Shown here in pieces: positions 42,442 to 51,549 of a DNA stretch of 64,000 nucleotides (position 1 is its first letter; each line of letters opens with the position of its first letter). A model generated the notes under the pieces. It was not told the origin of the DNA, made no database searches, and saw only the letters and a program-made list of their open reading frames with translations. Source of the DNA: Clostridia bacterium (GTDB lineage: Bacteria; Bacillota; Clostridia; TANB77; CAG-508). Location: assembly GCA_030539215.1 (NCBI GenBank), contig JAUNSM010000001.1, forward strand, positions 12,669 through 76,668, in the 5' to 3' direction. The translations under genes were made by a program, and so were the position numbers.

Positions 42442-43262
42442 AATTCTTCCTCCTCTTCTTTAAACTCTTCTTCAATTCCGTTTAACCAATTAATGCATTT
42501 TTCTTTATCATCAAATTCTTCTATGAATACTTGTCCGTCTAAATTATCTATACCCAAGTATCTTCCATTTTCATTACAAAGCATTAAGGTCAATTCTTCT
42601 GGTTCAAAATCTATATTTTTATCAAATTTATCTAATAATTTTTTAACATCTTCAGAACCTACTTCTTTAATACTATCATCTTTAATTTGACTTAATTCGA
42701 TTTTTAATGCATTTATCAATTCTTGTATATTGTCTTTAGATACAATTATTTCATATTTCTGTCTATACTTTTCATTAAATCCTGTATTACAAATATGTTC
42801 TTTTATTTTATGATAAATTTCATCTTCTAATAAAGAAAAATGTAAATCACCATTTACTTCGTTTTCCATAAAGTCATTTATTAGCTCTCTGGTTGTGGTG
42901 TTTGAAGTTTTATCTGAACTATTCAGATAAGATTTTAATGTATTATCTATAAAACATTTTAGGCTTGCTTTATCTACTAATGGTTGCATATCTATTTCTT
43001 CATAATAGCAAGGACAATAATGGAGCCAAAAAACCATATTAAATGAATCTTTATCTAAGCATACAAATGCAATTCGCTTATCTTCATTAATACTTTTTAA
43101 TATCTCGTTTCTATTATTTTTTATAAAACCATTATCATTGTATTGATCAAAATACATACAGTAATCAAATTCACTACAGTCTTCCAAAGAATCTTCAATT
43201 ATTTTGTTTGCATAATATTTAATAGCATCTTCTTTGTTCATATTTACTGTTACTTCTTCCAT
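42432..43262 (-). CDS. Hypothetical D/E-rich protein
   Basis: 276 aa. Ends EEEEEFCQ. Confidence 0.6.
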   Translation of the reverse strand: MEEVTVNMNKEDAIKYYANKIIEDSLEDCSEFDYCMYFDQYNDNGFIKNNRNEILKSINEDKRIAFVCLDKDSFNMVFWLHYCPCYYEEIDMQPLVDKASLKCFIDNTLKSYLNSSDKTSNTTTRELINDFMENEVNGDLHFSLLEDEIYHKIKEHICNTGFNEKYRQKYEIIVSKDNIQELINALKIELSQIKDDSIKEVGSEDVKKLLDKFDKNIDFEPEELTLMLCNENGRYLGIDNLDGQVFIEEFDDKEKCINWLNGIEEEFKEEEEEFCQ

Positions 43263-43274
43263 AAATTTCTCCTT

Positions 43275-44024
43275 TTATTCTTCTTGCATTTCTTGATCTA
43301 TTATTTCGCTATTAACAAAACTAGCTTCATTTTCTTTAGCTGTGGCAATTTTTATAAAGTAATTATCTGCGTGTATTGGATTATTATTAATTTCTCTTAC
43401 ATAAAAGCTTAAATTATTTCTTTCTTCTGGATTATCTTTTATTTTCATATAAGAATTTCTTATAGCAAATGCTTCTTCTTCAGTCATAGCTGTTACATTT
43501 GCTATTCCATCTTTTTGCTCAAATTTTATTGAACATTCCAATTCCATTTTTCCATCAATTTCTGTTTCTTTTAAACAATAAAATGATTTTTCTTTTATAT
43601 CCTCAATAGTAGTAACAATACATTTGTTGCCATATCCTTCTAAAGTTTGTTTTAATCTTGCTACTTTATCATTTAAACTTTTGAATTCAAATTGTTTTGG
43701 AGCATTTTCTGGTCTAGTATTTTGTATTTGTTCTGGTTCATTTTGTCTTTTCCACGCAGGTTGCTCAACTTTTCCATAAATTACTCTATTAACAAAAAAT
43801 AAAAAGTTTCTATCTGATTTTGATAAATAGTCTTTTTCTTTATTTTCTTCTAATATTTGTTTAATTTCTTCTTTCATTGGTTCAAGTCTTTTTATAGACC
43901 ATCCTCTTTCAAATTCTCCTACAACTTTCTTCATATTTTCTACTAATGCTCGAATTCTGTCATTATGCTCTTGTACCTTAACTTCTTTTTTTATTTCTTC
44001 TGTTTTATTTGTATTCTTTGCCAT
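43275..44024 (-). CDS. Hypothetical protein
   Basis: 249 aa. No family recognised. Confidence 0.6.
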   Translation of the reverse strand: MAKNTNKTEEIKKEVKVQEHNDRIRALVENMKKVVGEFERGWSIKRLEPMKEEIKQILEENKEKDYLSKSDRNFLFFVNRVIYGKVEQPAWKRQNEPEQIQNTRPENAPKQFEFKSLNDKVARLKQTLEGYGNKCIVTTIEDIKEKSFYCLKETEIDGKMELECSIKFEQKDGIANVTAMTEEEAFAIRNSYMKIKDNPEERNNLSFYVREINNNPIHADNYFIKIATAKENEASFVNSEIIDQEMQEE

Positions 44025-44040
44025 AATATAAATCCTCCTA

Positions 44041-45075
44041 TTAAATTATTATTTCTATATATCTGTTATTGATATATACTTGTTTTTTAAATTTTCCTAT
44101 TTTAATATATATAAGTTTATTTTTCATTTTTTCATATAATTTTTTATTTATTTTTAAACTATATATATTAGAATTAACTTTATTTTGATATTTTGTAATA
44201 TCAATTACTTTATTTTTTTCATTAATTTTAAATTTTCCAAGATATTTAAAACCTTTTGTATTTTTGTTGTATACTTTTACATTTCCTTTTAAAAATAATA
44301 GTAACGTTAGTATTCCGATACCTATTCCACTTATTATAATAGGAATTGTTTCTTTTGGTTTATCTATTGTTATTGGAGTATAATAAATTGAATAATTGTA
44401 AATAGGATCTATTCTTTCTACTTCTCCACTATATGTTACTATTACATTATATTTATCTGGATTTTTTTTATTTAAAATAGTTTGATAGATCATTACACCT
44501 TTATATTTCTTTGGTATTTCTTGATTATCAATCGTTTCTGTGTCTTCTACTTGCCAATCAACATTTATTAAATAATAAGTAGTATTATTTATCTTTTTTT
44601 CTTTTAAAATTTGATTTAAATCATTTTGCGAATATCCTGTAAATTCAATTTTCTTTTCATCAACTTCTTCATAAGTTCCTTGAGTAATTGTTTCAAATTT
44701 AATATCTGTTATCTTCAATTCACCTTTATAATTAGAATCTTCATAATAGAGCATTTCTCCAAAATGTTTTTTTATTTCTTCATGATTATTTGTGTTCAAT
44801 AGTTCTTGTTTTTGATCTGTTTTTTCCTTAAAATTACTATTTGATTTCGTTTTTTCAATGCTTTCTGTTGTATACATTATTCCATCTATTTGAATATCTT
44901 TAGAAAATGCTTCTATTATCTTATTTTCTTCTGAAAAATTACCTTCTACAATTGTTTTGAAACGTTTTTTTTCATATTCAATCGTGTCTATTTCTACATA
45001 TCCGTTCACTTGATACTGTATTGAAAATAGAGCTACAATTAATAGTAATACAATTCTTTTTACATTCACTAACAA
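44041..45075 (-). CDS. Hypothetical secreted protein with a TM helix in its C-terminal third
   Basis: TTG start. Signal-peptide-like N-terminus (IVLLLIVALFSIQ). A TM helix (IIISGIGIGILTLLLFL) lies about 250 aa in. First gene behind promoter copy C. Confidence 0.55.
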   Translation of the reverse strand: MLVNVKRIVLLLIVALFSIQYQVNGYVEIDTIEYEKKRFKTIVEGNFSEENKIIEAFSKDIQIDGIMYTTESIEKTKSNSNFKEKTDQKQELLNTNNHEEIKKHFGEMLYYEDSNYKGELKITDIKFETITQGTYEEVDEKKIEFTGYSQNDLNQILKEKKINNTTYYLINVDWQVEDTETIDNQEIPKKYKGVMIYQTILNKKNPDKYNVIVTYSGEVERIDPIYNYSIYYTPITIDKPKETIPIIISGIGIGILTLLLFLKGNVKVYNKNTKGFKYLGKFKINEKNKVIDITKYQNKVNSNIYSLKINKKLYEKMKNKLIYIKIGKFKKQVYINNRYIEIII

Positions 45076-45087
45076 ACCTCCTATCCT

Positions 45088-45126
45088 AAAAATAAAAAAG
45101 TGCCTACCACATAGACACTTTTTTTA
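45088..45126 (-). terminator. Leader hairpin plus U-tract downstream of promoter copy C
   Basis: 12-bp stem aaaaagugucua/uaggcacuuuuu, 5-nt loop, followed by a U-run. Confidence 0.65.
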
Positions 45127-45133
45127 CAATAAC

Positions 45134-45188
45134 ATTATATTATTGTATTTTTTACTATTCAATTCCGTTTTATTTCCCTTTTTTCTAT
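45134..45188 (-). promoter_or_regulatory. Element promoter motif copy C (TTGAAT-17-TATAAT)
   Basis: Minus strand: atagaaaaaagggaaataaaacggaaTTGAAT, a 17-nt spacer, then TATAAT. The motif is identical to copies E and F. Confidence 0.7.
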
Positions 45189-45225
45189 TTCTTTGAAAAA
45201 AATTTAGCTGATTTCTTTAATTTAA

Positions 45226-45768
45226 TCATTTTTTATGTGTAATTTCATATTTGTCTAAAACAGGTTTGAAAAAAACTTCTTCTGCTTTTTTTCTTGCTTT
45301 TATAGCATCTTGTATATTATTATAGTATCCTAAAGTATGTTTTTTCTTCTGAAAAGCAATATGTGCTACCCATTTGTTAGTAGGTTTATACCAACTAACA
45401 CCCTTTATTCCACTTGTATTATCAACTCTAATTTTAGAATTAATTGTATTCAAAGAAGTTCTTTCAACAAAGGTTCTTTCTATTCTCAAACAACCACAAC
45501 TTTTAGTCCTTCCAGATAATAATTGTTCTACATTTGCAGAGACTTGTTTTCCGCAATCACAGTTACATATTAAATGCGGATGTCTTTTATCTGTTCTTTC
45601 TCTCTCAACAACAACAAGTCTTCCAAATCTTTTACCAATTAATTCTTTATACTCTTTAAAGTTCTTTTTGCTCATTGCAGCACAAGCACACTTTCTTGAA
45701 CAATAGTTTCTATTTTTATATTTTGCTTTAAATTCAATACCACAATATTCACAGATAGAATTATACAA
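45226..45768 (-). CDS. Zinc-ribbon + AP2-domain DNA-binding protein
   Basis: Cys-rich N-terminus (CEYCG...CSRKC; CNCDCG...CGC). C-terminal SGIKGVSWYKPTNKWVAHIAFQKKKHTLGYYNNIQDAIKARKKAE resembles the AP2/HNH-associated DNA-binding domain of phages and ICEs. Confidence 0.6.
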   Translation of the reverse strand: MYNSICEYCGIEFKAKYKNRNYCSRKCACAAMSKKNFKEYKELIGKRFGRLVVVERERTDKRHPHLICNCDCGKQVSANVEQLLSGRTKSCGCLRIERTFVERTSLNTINSKIRVDNTSGIKGVSWYKPTNKWVAHIAFQKKKHTLGYYNNIQDAIKARKKAEEVFFKPVLDKYEITHKK

Positions 45769-45856
45769 TTTTTTCTCACCTCTATATTTTATTATTATAT
45801 ACTATCGCAAAAGCAGATAATTAGCAATGGCAACCATTTGTTCTATAACTTGGAAT

Positions 45857-46495
45857 TTATATGTACTGTCTTAACCTTTCTATGTTTCCAGTTTGAATAT
45901 ATTTTATGTTTTTTTCTATAATATTTTTTTCCCAATTCCACCATTTTATTTTTAATAGTTCCGAAATTACTTCATCTGAAAATCGTTTCCTTATTATTTT
46001 TGCTGGTACTCCTCCAACTATTGTATATGGTGGAACATCTTTTGTAACTACTGCTCGAGTTCCTATAATTGCTCCATCACCAATAGTAACACCTGCCATT
46101 ATAACTGCTTCGTATCCAATCCAAACATCATTTCCAATTACTATATTTCCTTTATTGTTCCAAGAGTCTGTTACATTCTCTTTCTTTAAATTCCATTCTT
46201 CAAAAAATAATGGAAACGGATATGTTGATAATGAATCCATATTATGATTAGCACTATTAAATAAAAACTTTGCTCCACAAGCAATTGAGCAAAACTTGCC
46301 AATAACTAGTTTATCGTTGTTTATTGGATAATGATATAATACATTATTTTTTTCAAATAATTCTGGATTATTAACGAAATCATTATACATTGTATAATCT
46401 CCAACATTTATGTTTGGATTATTTATTACATTTTTCAAATATATTGTTTGTTTATCCCCTGTACGAGGATATATTTTTTTCTCTGGAATAGTCAT
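45857..46495 (-). CDS. vat: Vat-family streptogramin A O-acetyltransferase (xenobiotic acyltransferase)
   Basis: 212 aa. Contains [12 protein letters not shown], hexapeptide repeats ([52 protein letters not shown]) and the C-terminal WWNW motif typical of Vat enzymes. Confidence 0.85.
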   Translation of the reverse strand: MTIPEKKIYPRTGDKQTIYLKNVINNPNINVGDYTMYNDFVNNPELFEKNNVLYHYPINNDKLVIGKFCSIACGAKFLFNSANHNMDSLSTYPFPLFFEEWNLKKENVTDSWNNKGNIVIGNDVWIGYEAVIMAGVTIGDGAIIGTRAVVTKDVPPYTIVGGVPAKIIRKRFSDEVISELLKIKWWNWEKNIIEKNIKYIQTGNIERLRQYI

Positions 46496-46606
46496 TTTTA
46501 GTCCTCCTATTATATTAAATTTTATTATTTACTATTCCAGTAACTACAATGCAAAGTTTCACTTATACCACCTCTTTATTAAATTGTAATTTGTATTACT
46601 TATTGA

Positions 46607-46798
46607 TTACTTCTTAAATTCGTTTTTGTTTTTCTCATTTTCTAAATTACTTATTTTTGTCATTGAGAAAACTAACAAACAAATTCCTAAACAAAACATA
46701 ATAATGCCTAAAACAGTATTTAGCTTTCCTGCAAAAAAACCAATTAATCCTCCTCCTAAAGCACATAATAACATATAAATTATATTAATCTTTTTCAT
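46607..46798 (-). CDS. Small two-TM membrane protein
   Basis: 63 aa and hydrophobic. No family recognised. Confidence 0.45.
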   Translation of the reverse strand: MKKINIIYMLLCALGGGLIGFFAGKLNTVLGIIMFCLGICLLVFSMTKISNLENEKNKNEFKK

Positions 46799-46857
46799 CT
46801 CTAACTATCCTCCATTTTAGTATTTATATTATACTTCAAAGATTATTATTTGTAAAA

Positions 46858-47163
46858 TTACATTCCTATTTCTAAAATATCAGATAGATTTATAATAGTT
46901 TCGTCAATAGTAATTTTTTTATTATTATGATTTATATTAACTACTTTTCCTTCAATGTATATATATTGCTTATTTTTATAATACTTTACTTTTGTATATG
47001 AACCTTTTTCTAATTCGTTTAGTTTATTTTCCAGTTCTTCTAATGTAGAATCTGATAAGTCTTTTTTTTCCTCATATTCTATTTCTTTTTTTCTTAATTC
47101 TTCTTGAAGACCTTTTAGTGCATCAAAGGCCATAAATTGCTTTGCTCTATCTTCTCTATTCAC
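46858..47163 (-). CDS. YolD-like protein
   Basis: 101 aa. RAKQFMAFDALKG motif. Immediately downstream of, and overlapping, a Y-family polymerase gene, like the uvrX-yolD arrangement. Confidence 0.6.
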   Translation of the reverse strand: MNREDRAKQFMAFDALKGLQEELRKKEIEYEEKKDLSDSTLEELENKLNELEKGSYTKVKYYKNKQYIYIEGKVVNINHNNKKITIDETIINLSDILEIGM

Positions 47164-48421
47164 TATTGTGTCCTCCTATCATTTTGTTTCTTGCCATAGC
47201 AGTTGCACATTCTTGAAGATTCATTCCCCTTAATATTGCATTTTTTCCCATTTTGCTTTTTACAGAGTTTATTGCTAATTCTATTTTTCTTTCTTTATTT
47301 TCTTGTTCTTGGTTTACAAATAAGTTAAGTTGTACAGCATCTGGAGCTGTTACTTTTGAAAAAGTTATACCTATCCTTCTTATAGGTAAATTTCTATCTA
47401 CTTTTGTATCATATATTTTCATAAATGCTTTTGAAAGTTCTGTGTATATATTAGTTTGTGTTAGTAGTCTTTCTGTTCCTTTTGTAGCAGAAAGCATGTC
47501 TTTTGAATATCCAATATATAGTCCAACACAATCTGTTACAAGATTTGATTCTATTAATCTCAAACTGCCCATTTCTACCATTTCATTTAATACAATCCTC
47601 GCTTCACTAAATGAATAATCTCTAAAAAGCACTTGACTATTAGAAAGAGAATTATTTTTTGGTTTATAATTCTTTATATCTTTTATAGTACAATTTTCTC
47701 TACCCCAAGCATGGTCAATAAGTAATTCTGCATTAATTCCAAATTCTTTGAATAGTCTTTTTGTATCTGCATGTGCCACATCATACATATCATATAATCG
47801 CAATTTATTTAATCTTCTTTCAGTGCCAATGCCTACTTGCCAAAAATCTGTTAATGGTTTATGATGCCATAATTCTTTTTGATATTTTTCTTCATCTAAA
47901 TATCCTATATTTGTTAATGAATGTTTTGCTGTTATATCAAGTGCTATTTTTGTTAAATATAAATTTGTACCGATTCCAGCTGTTGCAGTTAGTCCATATG
48001 TTTTGTATATATCATTTAAGATAAGATTTGCTAGTTCTTCAGCATTTTTATGATAAAAACTTAAATACTTAGTAACATCTAAAAATGCTTCATCTATTGA
48101 ATACACATGAATATCATCTTTAGAAATATACTTTAAATAAATTGAATAAACATTTGCTGCATATTCAATATATTTTTTCATTCTTGGAACTGCTGTAATA
48201 TATTTTATAGTTGGTGGTATCTCATAAACTCTACATCTATTTCTTACACCTAACATTTTCATCTTTGGAGTTACTGCTAAACATATAGAGCCTTTACCAC
48301 GTGCAGGGTCTGCAACAACAAGGCAAGTTGAAAATGGATCTAAACCTCTCTCTACACATTCGACAGATGCAAAAAAAGTTTTTAAATCAATACACAAATA
48401 CATTTGTTGCACTTTTATCAC
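47156..48421 (-). CDS. Y-family (UmuC/DinB/UvrX-like) translesion DNA polymerase
   Basis: N-terminal CIDLKTFFASVECVERGLDP and SIDEAFLDVT catalytic motifs. 421 aa. Confidence 0.9.
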   Translation of the reverse strand: MIKVQQMYLCIDLKTFFASVECVERGLDPFSTCLVVADPARGKGSICLAVTPKMKMLGVRNRCRVYEIPPTIKYITAVPRMKKYIEYAANVYSIYLKYISKDDIHVYSIDEAFLDVTKYLSFYHKNAEELANLILNDIYKTYGLTATAGIGTNLYLTKIALDITAKHSLTNIGYLDEEKYQKELWHHKPLTDFWQVGIGTERRLNKLRLYDMYDVAHADTKRLFKEFGINAELLIDHAWGRENCTIKDIKNYKPKNNSLSNSQVLFRDYSFSEARIVLNEMVEMGSLRLIESNLVTDCVGLYIGYSKDMLSATKGTERLLTQTNIYTELSKAFMKIYDTKVDRNLPIRRIGITFSKVTAPDAVQLNLFVNQEQENKERKIELAINSVKSKMGKNAILRGMNLQECATAMARNKMIGGHNSE

Positions 48422-48471
48422 ACTCCTACAAAAAATATTTTGTAAGTATTATAACATTTATTTTTTATTTT

Positions 48472-48486
48472 GTAAACATCTGTTCG
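48472..48486 (-). promoter_or_regulatory. LexA (Cheo/SOS) box overlapping the -35 of the polymerase promoter
   Basis: Minus strand CGAACAGATGTTTAC, against the Firmicute consensus CGAAC-N4-GTTCG. It overlaps TTTACA, which is followed by an 18-nt spacer and TATAAT (48453-48448). Confidence 0.6.
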
Positions 48487-48498
48487 TTATATTTCGTA

Positions 48499-48530
48499 TG
48501 ATAAAAGCAAGTAGTTTAATTACTTGCCTT
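48499..48530 (-). terminator. Hairpin terminator after the anti-sigma gene
   Basis: aaggcaagta/tacttgctt stem followed by uuuu on the minus strand. Confidence 0.5.
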
Positions 48531-48544
48531 TATTATATGTATTT

Positions 48545-49549
48545 CTATTTTTTTATAAATTCAATACTATCTCTATCTTTTTGATGTAATGTTATACTGT
48601 CAGATTCATTATATTTTGTTATATTAAATATTAATACTGTTTTAATAGGTTCTATAAAATCTTTTATATTAAGATTCTCTATGTCAAATATTCTTTCACT
48701 ATTTGTTAATGTATATATATTTCCTTCTTTATCTTGAACAGTAAGATTCTCATTTGGAACAGTAAAATCACTTGTATTTATTGTTACTGCAAATCCACTA
48801 TTAGTTAGTTTTGCTTCTTCTATTTTACTTGTTTCACTTTTTGGTATATATGTTATTGAATTTCTTTGACTTAACTGTTCTGATACATCAAATTCTAATC
48901 TATAAGTATCTTCATATTCTATTGTTATTGGATTGCCTTGATTTACATTATATAGAATTACTTTATCAAAACTTACATATATCTTATTACTTTTTGGAAA
49001 ATTGTTTGATGAAAAATGTACTACTTGTCTTAAAGTATGGTCTTGCTTTTCTACAACACTCCATCTTTCGCCTGATAAAGCTATGTTTTTAGTCCAAATA
49101 TTTTGATCATCAGATGATATATATATTTGATTATTATTTTCATCCGTTATTTCTAATCCTTGCAAAGCTATTCGTTCATAATTACCCACACTATCATTAG
49201 TAACAAAATTAAATACTAAATCAAAATTTATATCGTCCATCATTAGATAATCAACTTTAAATTTCACTTTTTCTTTTTCTATATAATCCATATCAATGTT
49301 TTGTACATACTGATTTTCCAAAGCAGTTTGTATTCCTGTATCATCCATTCCTTTTATTCTAAATAAACTTGTCATTTGAATTCCAGCATAAACAATTCCA
49401 CATGTTAAACCTATTACTAATACAAATGAAGCAACCATTTTAAAAATCTTATTTTTTGGCATTATATCAATCTCCTTTTCTTCAAAGTTAGATATAGCTA
49501 TTTTTGTTTTTACTTTATCTATTATTTTTTCATTTAATTTATTTTCCAT
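48545..49549 (-). CDS. Putative anti-sigma factor (DUF4179-like: one TM helix + extracytoplasmic domain)
   Basis: Overlaps the upstream ECF sigma gene by 11 nt. A short cytoplasmic N-terminus is followed by a TM helix (VASFVLVIGLTCGIVYAGI). Confidence 0.55.
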   Translation of the reverse strand: MENKLNEKIIDKVKTKIAISNFEEKEIDIMPKNKIFKMVASFVLVIGLTCGIVYAGIQMTSLFRIKGMDDTGIQTALENQYVQNIDMDYIEKEKVKFKVDYLMMDDINFDLVFNFVTNDSVGNYERIALQGLEITDENNNQIYISSDDQNIWTKNIALSGERWSVVEKQDHTLRQVVHFSSNNFPKSNKIYVSFDKVILYNVNQGNPITIEYEDTYRLEFDVSEQLSQRNSITYIPKSETSKIEEAKLTNSGFAVTINTSDFTVPNENLTVQDKEGNIYTLTNSERIFDIENLNIKDFIEPIKTVLIFNITKYNESDSITLHQKDRDSIEFIKK

Positions 49550-50054
49550 ATCTATATCCTCCTCTTTCTAAATTTGTTTTAAGTTTTTTTCTAATTCTAA
49601 ATAATTTAGATTTTATTTTGTATTCTGAAAAACTTAAATCTTGTGATATCTCTTTTATACTTTTAGAATAATAATAATACAATATAAAAATATCTTTGTT
49701 TTCTTTTGGCATATTATTCAATGTTTGTTCAATAATTTTATACTTTTCTAACTGCTCATAATCATAACTAATATCGCTATTATCAATTATATATCCTTCA
49801 AAATCTTCAATGTTACTGTTTGTGTGTATTTTTCTGAATCTGGTTCTAACTAAATTTTTTGCTATTCCTGCTAAATAAAGATTTATCTTCTTACTTTCAT
49901 CAAATTTATCTTTATTTTGCCAAAATACTAAAAACACATCTGATATTATTTCTTCAATATCTTCATTAGTTAGGCTACCTTGCGACATATTAGTTGCAAC
50001 TGTGTGAACATAGTTAGAGTATTTATTTATTACTTCTTCTAATTCAAAACTCAT
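49539..50054 (-). CDS. ECF-type sigma-70 family RNA polymerase sigma factor
   Basis: 171 aa. Region 2 (DIEEIISDVFLVFWQN) and a region 4 HTH (SIKEISQDLSFSEYKIKSKLFRIRKKL). Confidence 0.8.
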   Translation of the reverse strand: MSFELEEVINKYSNYVHTVATNMSQGSLTNEDIEEIISDVFLVFWQNKDKFDESKKINLYLAGIAKNLVRTRFRKIHTNSNIEDFEGYIIDNSDISYDYEQLEKYKIIEQTLNNMPKENKDIFILYYYYSKSIKEISQDLSFSEYKIKSKLFRIRKKLKTNLERGGYRYGK

Positions 50055-50149
50055 TTAGATCTAAATCTCCTTATATTGTTAAAAGATATCTTACACTTAT
50101 ATATTGTCAATTTTTTTAAAATGGTTTCACTTTTTTAAAATTATATCAT

Positions 50150-50189
50150 AAAAAAAATCAATACCTACCTCATAATTGAGATAGGTATT
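50150..50189 (-). terminator. Rho-independent terminator after 50204..50860
   Basis: 12-bp stem aauaccuaucuc/gagguagguauu followed by gauuuuuuuu. Confidence 0.7.
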
Positions 50190-50203
50190 AAATAATAATT
50201 ACT

Positions 50204-50860
50204 TTATTTTATTGTGTACTGACTAATATCTGGCTCCATGAAGATGTCATCATTTACATTCCCAAATTCATAATAATATTCAACTATTACAGGTATGGTA
50301 TTTCCATTTTCATCTTTTGTACTACCTTCATTTGCTTTTACTCTAAGTCCTGTTTCTTTTTCTATATAACTTTTTTCTGTATCTCCTAAACTTAAAATAT
50401 AACATTCCTTATCATTATGCTCTACACTTTTTATTGATGTTGATACTGCTATTTTAAATAAATCCCATAAATTATCTCCACAGTATATATCCACAATCGT
50501 TACTTTACTTGGCAATCCATTTGAATCTAACAATGCTATTTTATCTCCACCTGACTCTATAAATGTATTAACCTTTTCATCTTTGTAATAATTTGTCAAC
50601 TTTCTTTCTTCTCCAGTAGCAGTTGTTGTATTTAAGAACATAACAGCTTTATCATCTTTGCAATAGTAATCTGCAATAGTTGTTGTTGAACCTGACTTAT
50701 TTATTATTCTTTCATAATGATTATTATCATTTACATATTTAGCTATTTTATTATTTAAGTCTTTTATTATTATCATTTTTCTAATAGTAAATCCAAGAAA
50801 TATAACTATTAAAACTAAAATAACTAATATAATTATTTTTAATATCTTTTTCTTATTCAT
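50204..50860 (-). CDS. Hypothetical membrane-anchored protein
   Basis: 218 aa with an N-terminal TM helix. It has its own TTGTGA-17-TATAAT promoter about 90 nt upstream. Confidence 0.55.
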   Translation of the reverse strand: MNKKKILKIIILVILVLIVIFLGFTIRKMIIIKDLNNKIAKYVNDNNHYERIINKSGSTTTIADYYCKDDKAVMFLNTTTATGEERKLTNYYKDEKVNTFIESGGDKIALLDSNGLPSKVTIVDIYCGDNLWDLFKIAVSTSIKSVEHNDKECYILSLGDTEKSYIEKETGLRVKANEGSTKDENGNTIPVIVEYYYEFGNVNDDIFMEPDISQYTIK

Positions 50861-51099
50861 AATAAATCCCCCTTTGTTATAAGGGCAACCAAGCTATCTT
50901 GAATTCTTTTAAAACTTTTAGACCTTTGGCTTTGCGTCATAAACTTTCGTTTACTTTGCTCTTTTACAATATATACTTATTATAACATATTTCAGCGATT
51001 TTCACAAATTTTATATTGCATAACATTGCGTTAATATCATTAAATATATAGTAATATTACAAACCATCATTTATTTTTTAAAATTATTTTATTTTTTGT

Positions 51100-51131
51100 T
51101 AAAAAAGAAAGTATCGTTTGATACTTTCTTC
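51100..51131 (-). terminator. Hairpin plus U-tract ending the short transcript from promoter copy D
   Basis: agaaaguauc-aaac-gauacuuucu followed by uuuuu. Lies about 80-100 nt downstream of the -10. Confidence 0.65.
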
Positions 51132-51208
51132 TAAAATAAATGAAAGGAGAGAAATATTCTTTAACAGAATAAATCAACAAACTATTCAAGAATATTTGGA
51201 ATAATCAC

Positions 51209-51263
51209 ATTATATACTCTAACAGTTTAGAAATCAATTCCGTTTTTTTTCCGTTTTTTCTAT
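51209..51263 (-). promoter_or_regulatory. Element promoter motif copy D (TTGATT-17-TATAAT)
   Basis: Minus strand: atagaaaaaacggaaaaaaaacggaaTTGATT, a 17-nt spacer, then TATAAT. Confidence 0.7.
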
Positions 51264-51296
51264 AAATAAAAAGTATCTATTGCTAGATACTTTTTC
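51262..51296 (-). terminator. Hairpin plus U-tract ending the short transcript from promoter copy E
   Basis: aaaaguaucu-agcaau-agauacuuuu followed by uauuu. It abuts motif copy D. Confidence 0.6.
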
Positions 51297-51311
51297 ACCA
51301 GATTGGAGGTG

Positions 51312-51333
51312 ATATTGGTATTAATACCAATAT
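51312..51333. repeat. Perfect 22-bp palindrome ATATTGGTATTAATACCAATAT
   Basis: Read directly from the sequence. Lies inside the short transcript from promoter copy E. Could be an operator or an RNA hairpin. Confidence 0.8.
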
Positions 51334-51351
51334 TATTGGGGGAATAAATTA

Positions 51352-51405
51352 ATTATAATATATATATGTAAAATTACAATTCCGTTTTATTTCCCTTTTT
51401 TCTAT
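51352..51405 (-). promoter_or_regulatory. Element promoter motif copy E (TTGTAA-16-TATAAT)
   Basis: Minus strand: atagaaaaaagggaaataaaacggaaTTGTAA, a 16-nt spacer, then TATAAT. Confidence 0.65.
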
Positions 51406-51549
51406 TTTCATTTTTTAACTTTACTGCATTTAAAAAGGTTTCAGTTAAGAGCATTTCTAAAAATTTCAAATCTTCTTCATTATTACACTCTTCTATGATT
51501 TTTATTAATTTGTTTTTATCTGTTTTCATCTATTATATTATTCCTCTCT

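Noticed and set aside
51374-51529. 51-aa ORF (MKTDKNKLIKIIEECNNEEDLKFLEM...NRKKGNKTEL) whose C-terminus is encoded by promoter motif copy E
   Set aside because: The motif is conserved as DNA in five other places where it is non-coding or in other frames, so the read-through into it is probably incidental. The N-terminal 40 codons could still be a real micro-ORF, but support is weak.
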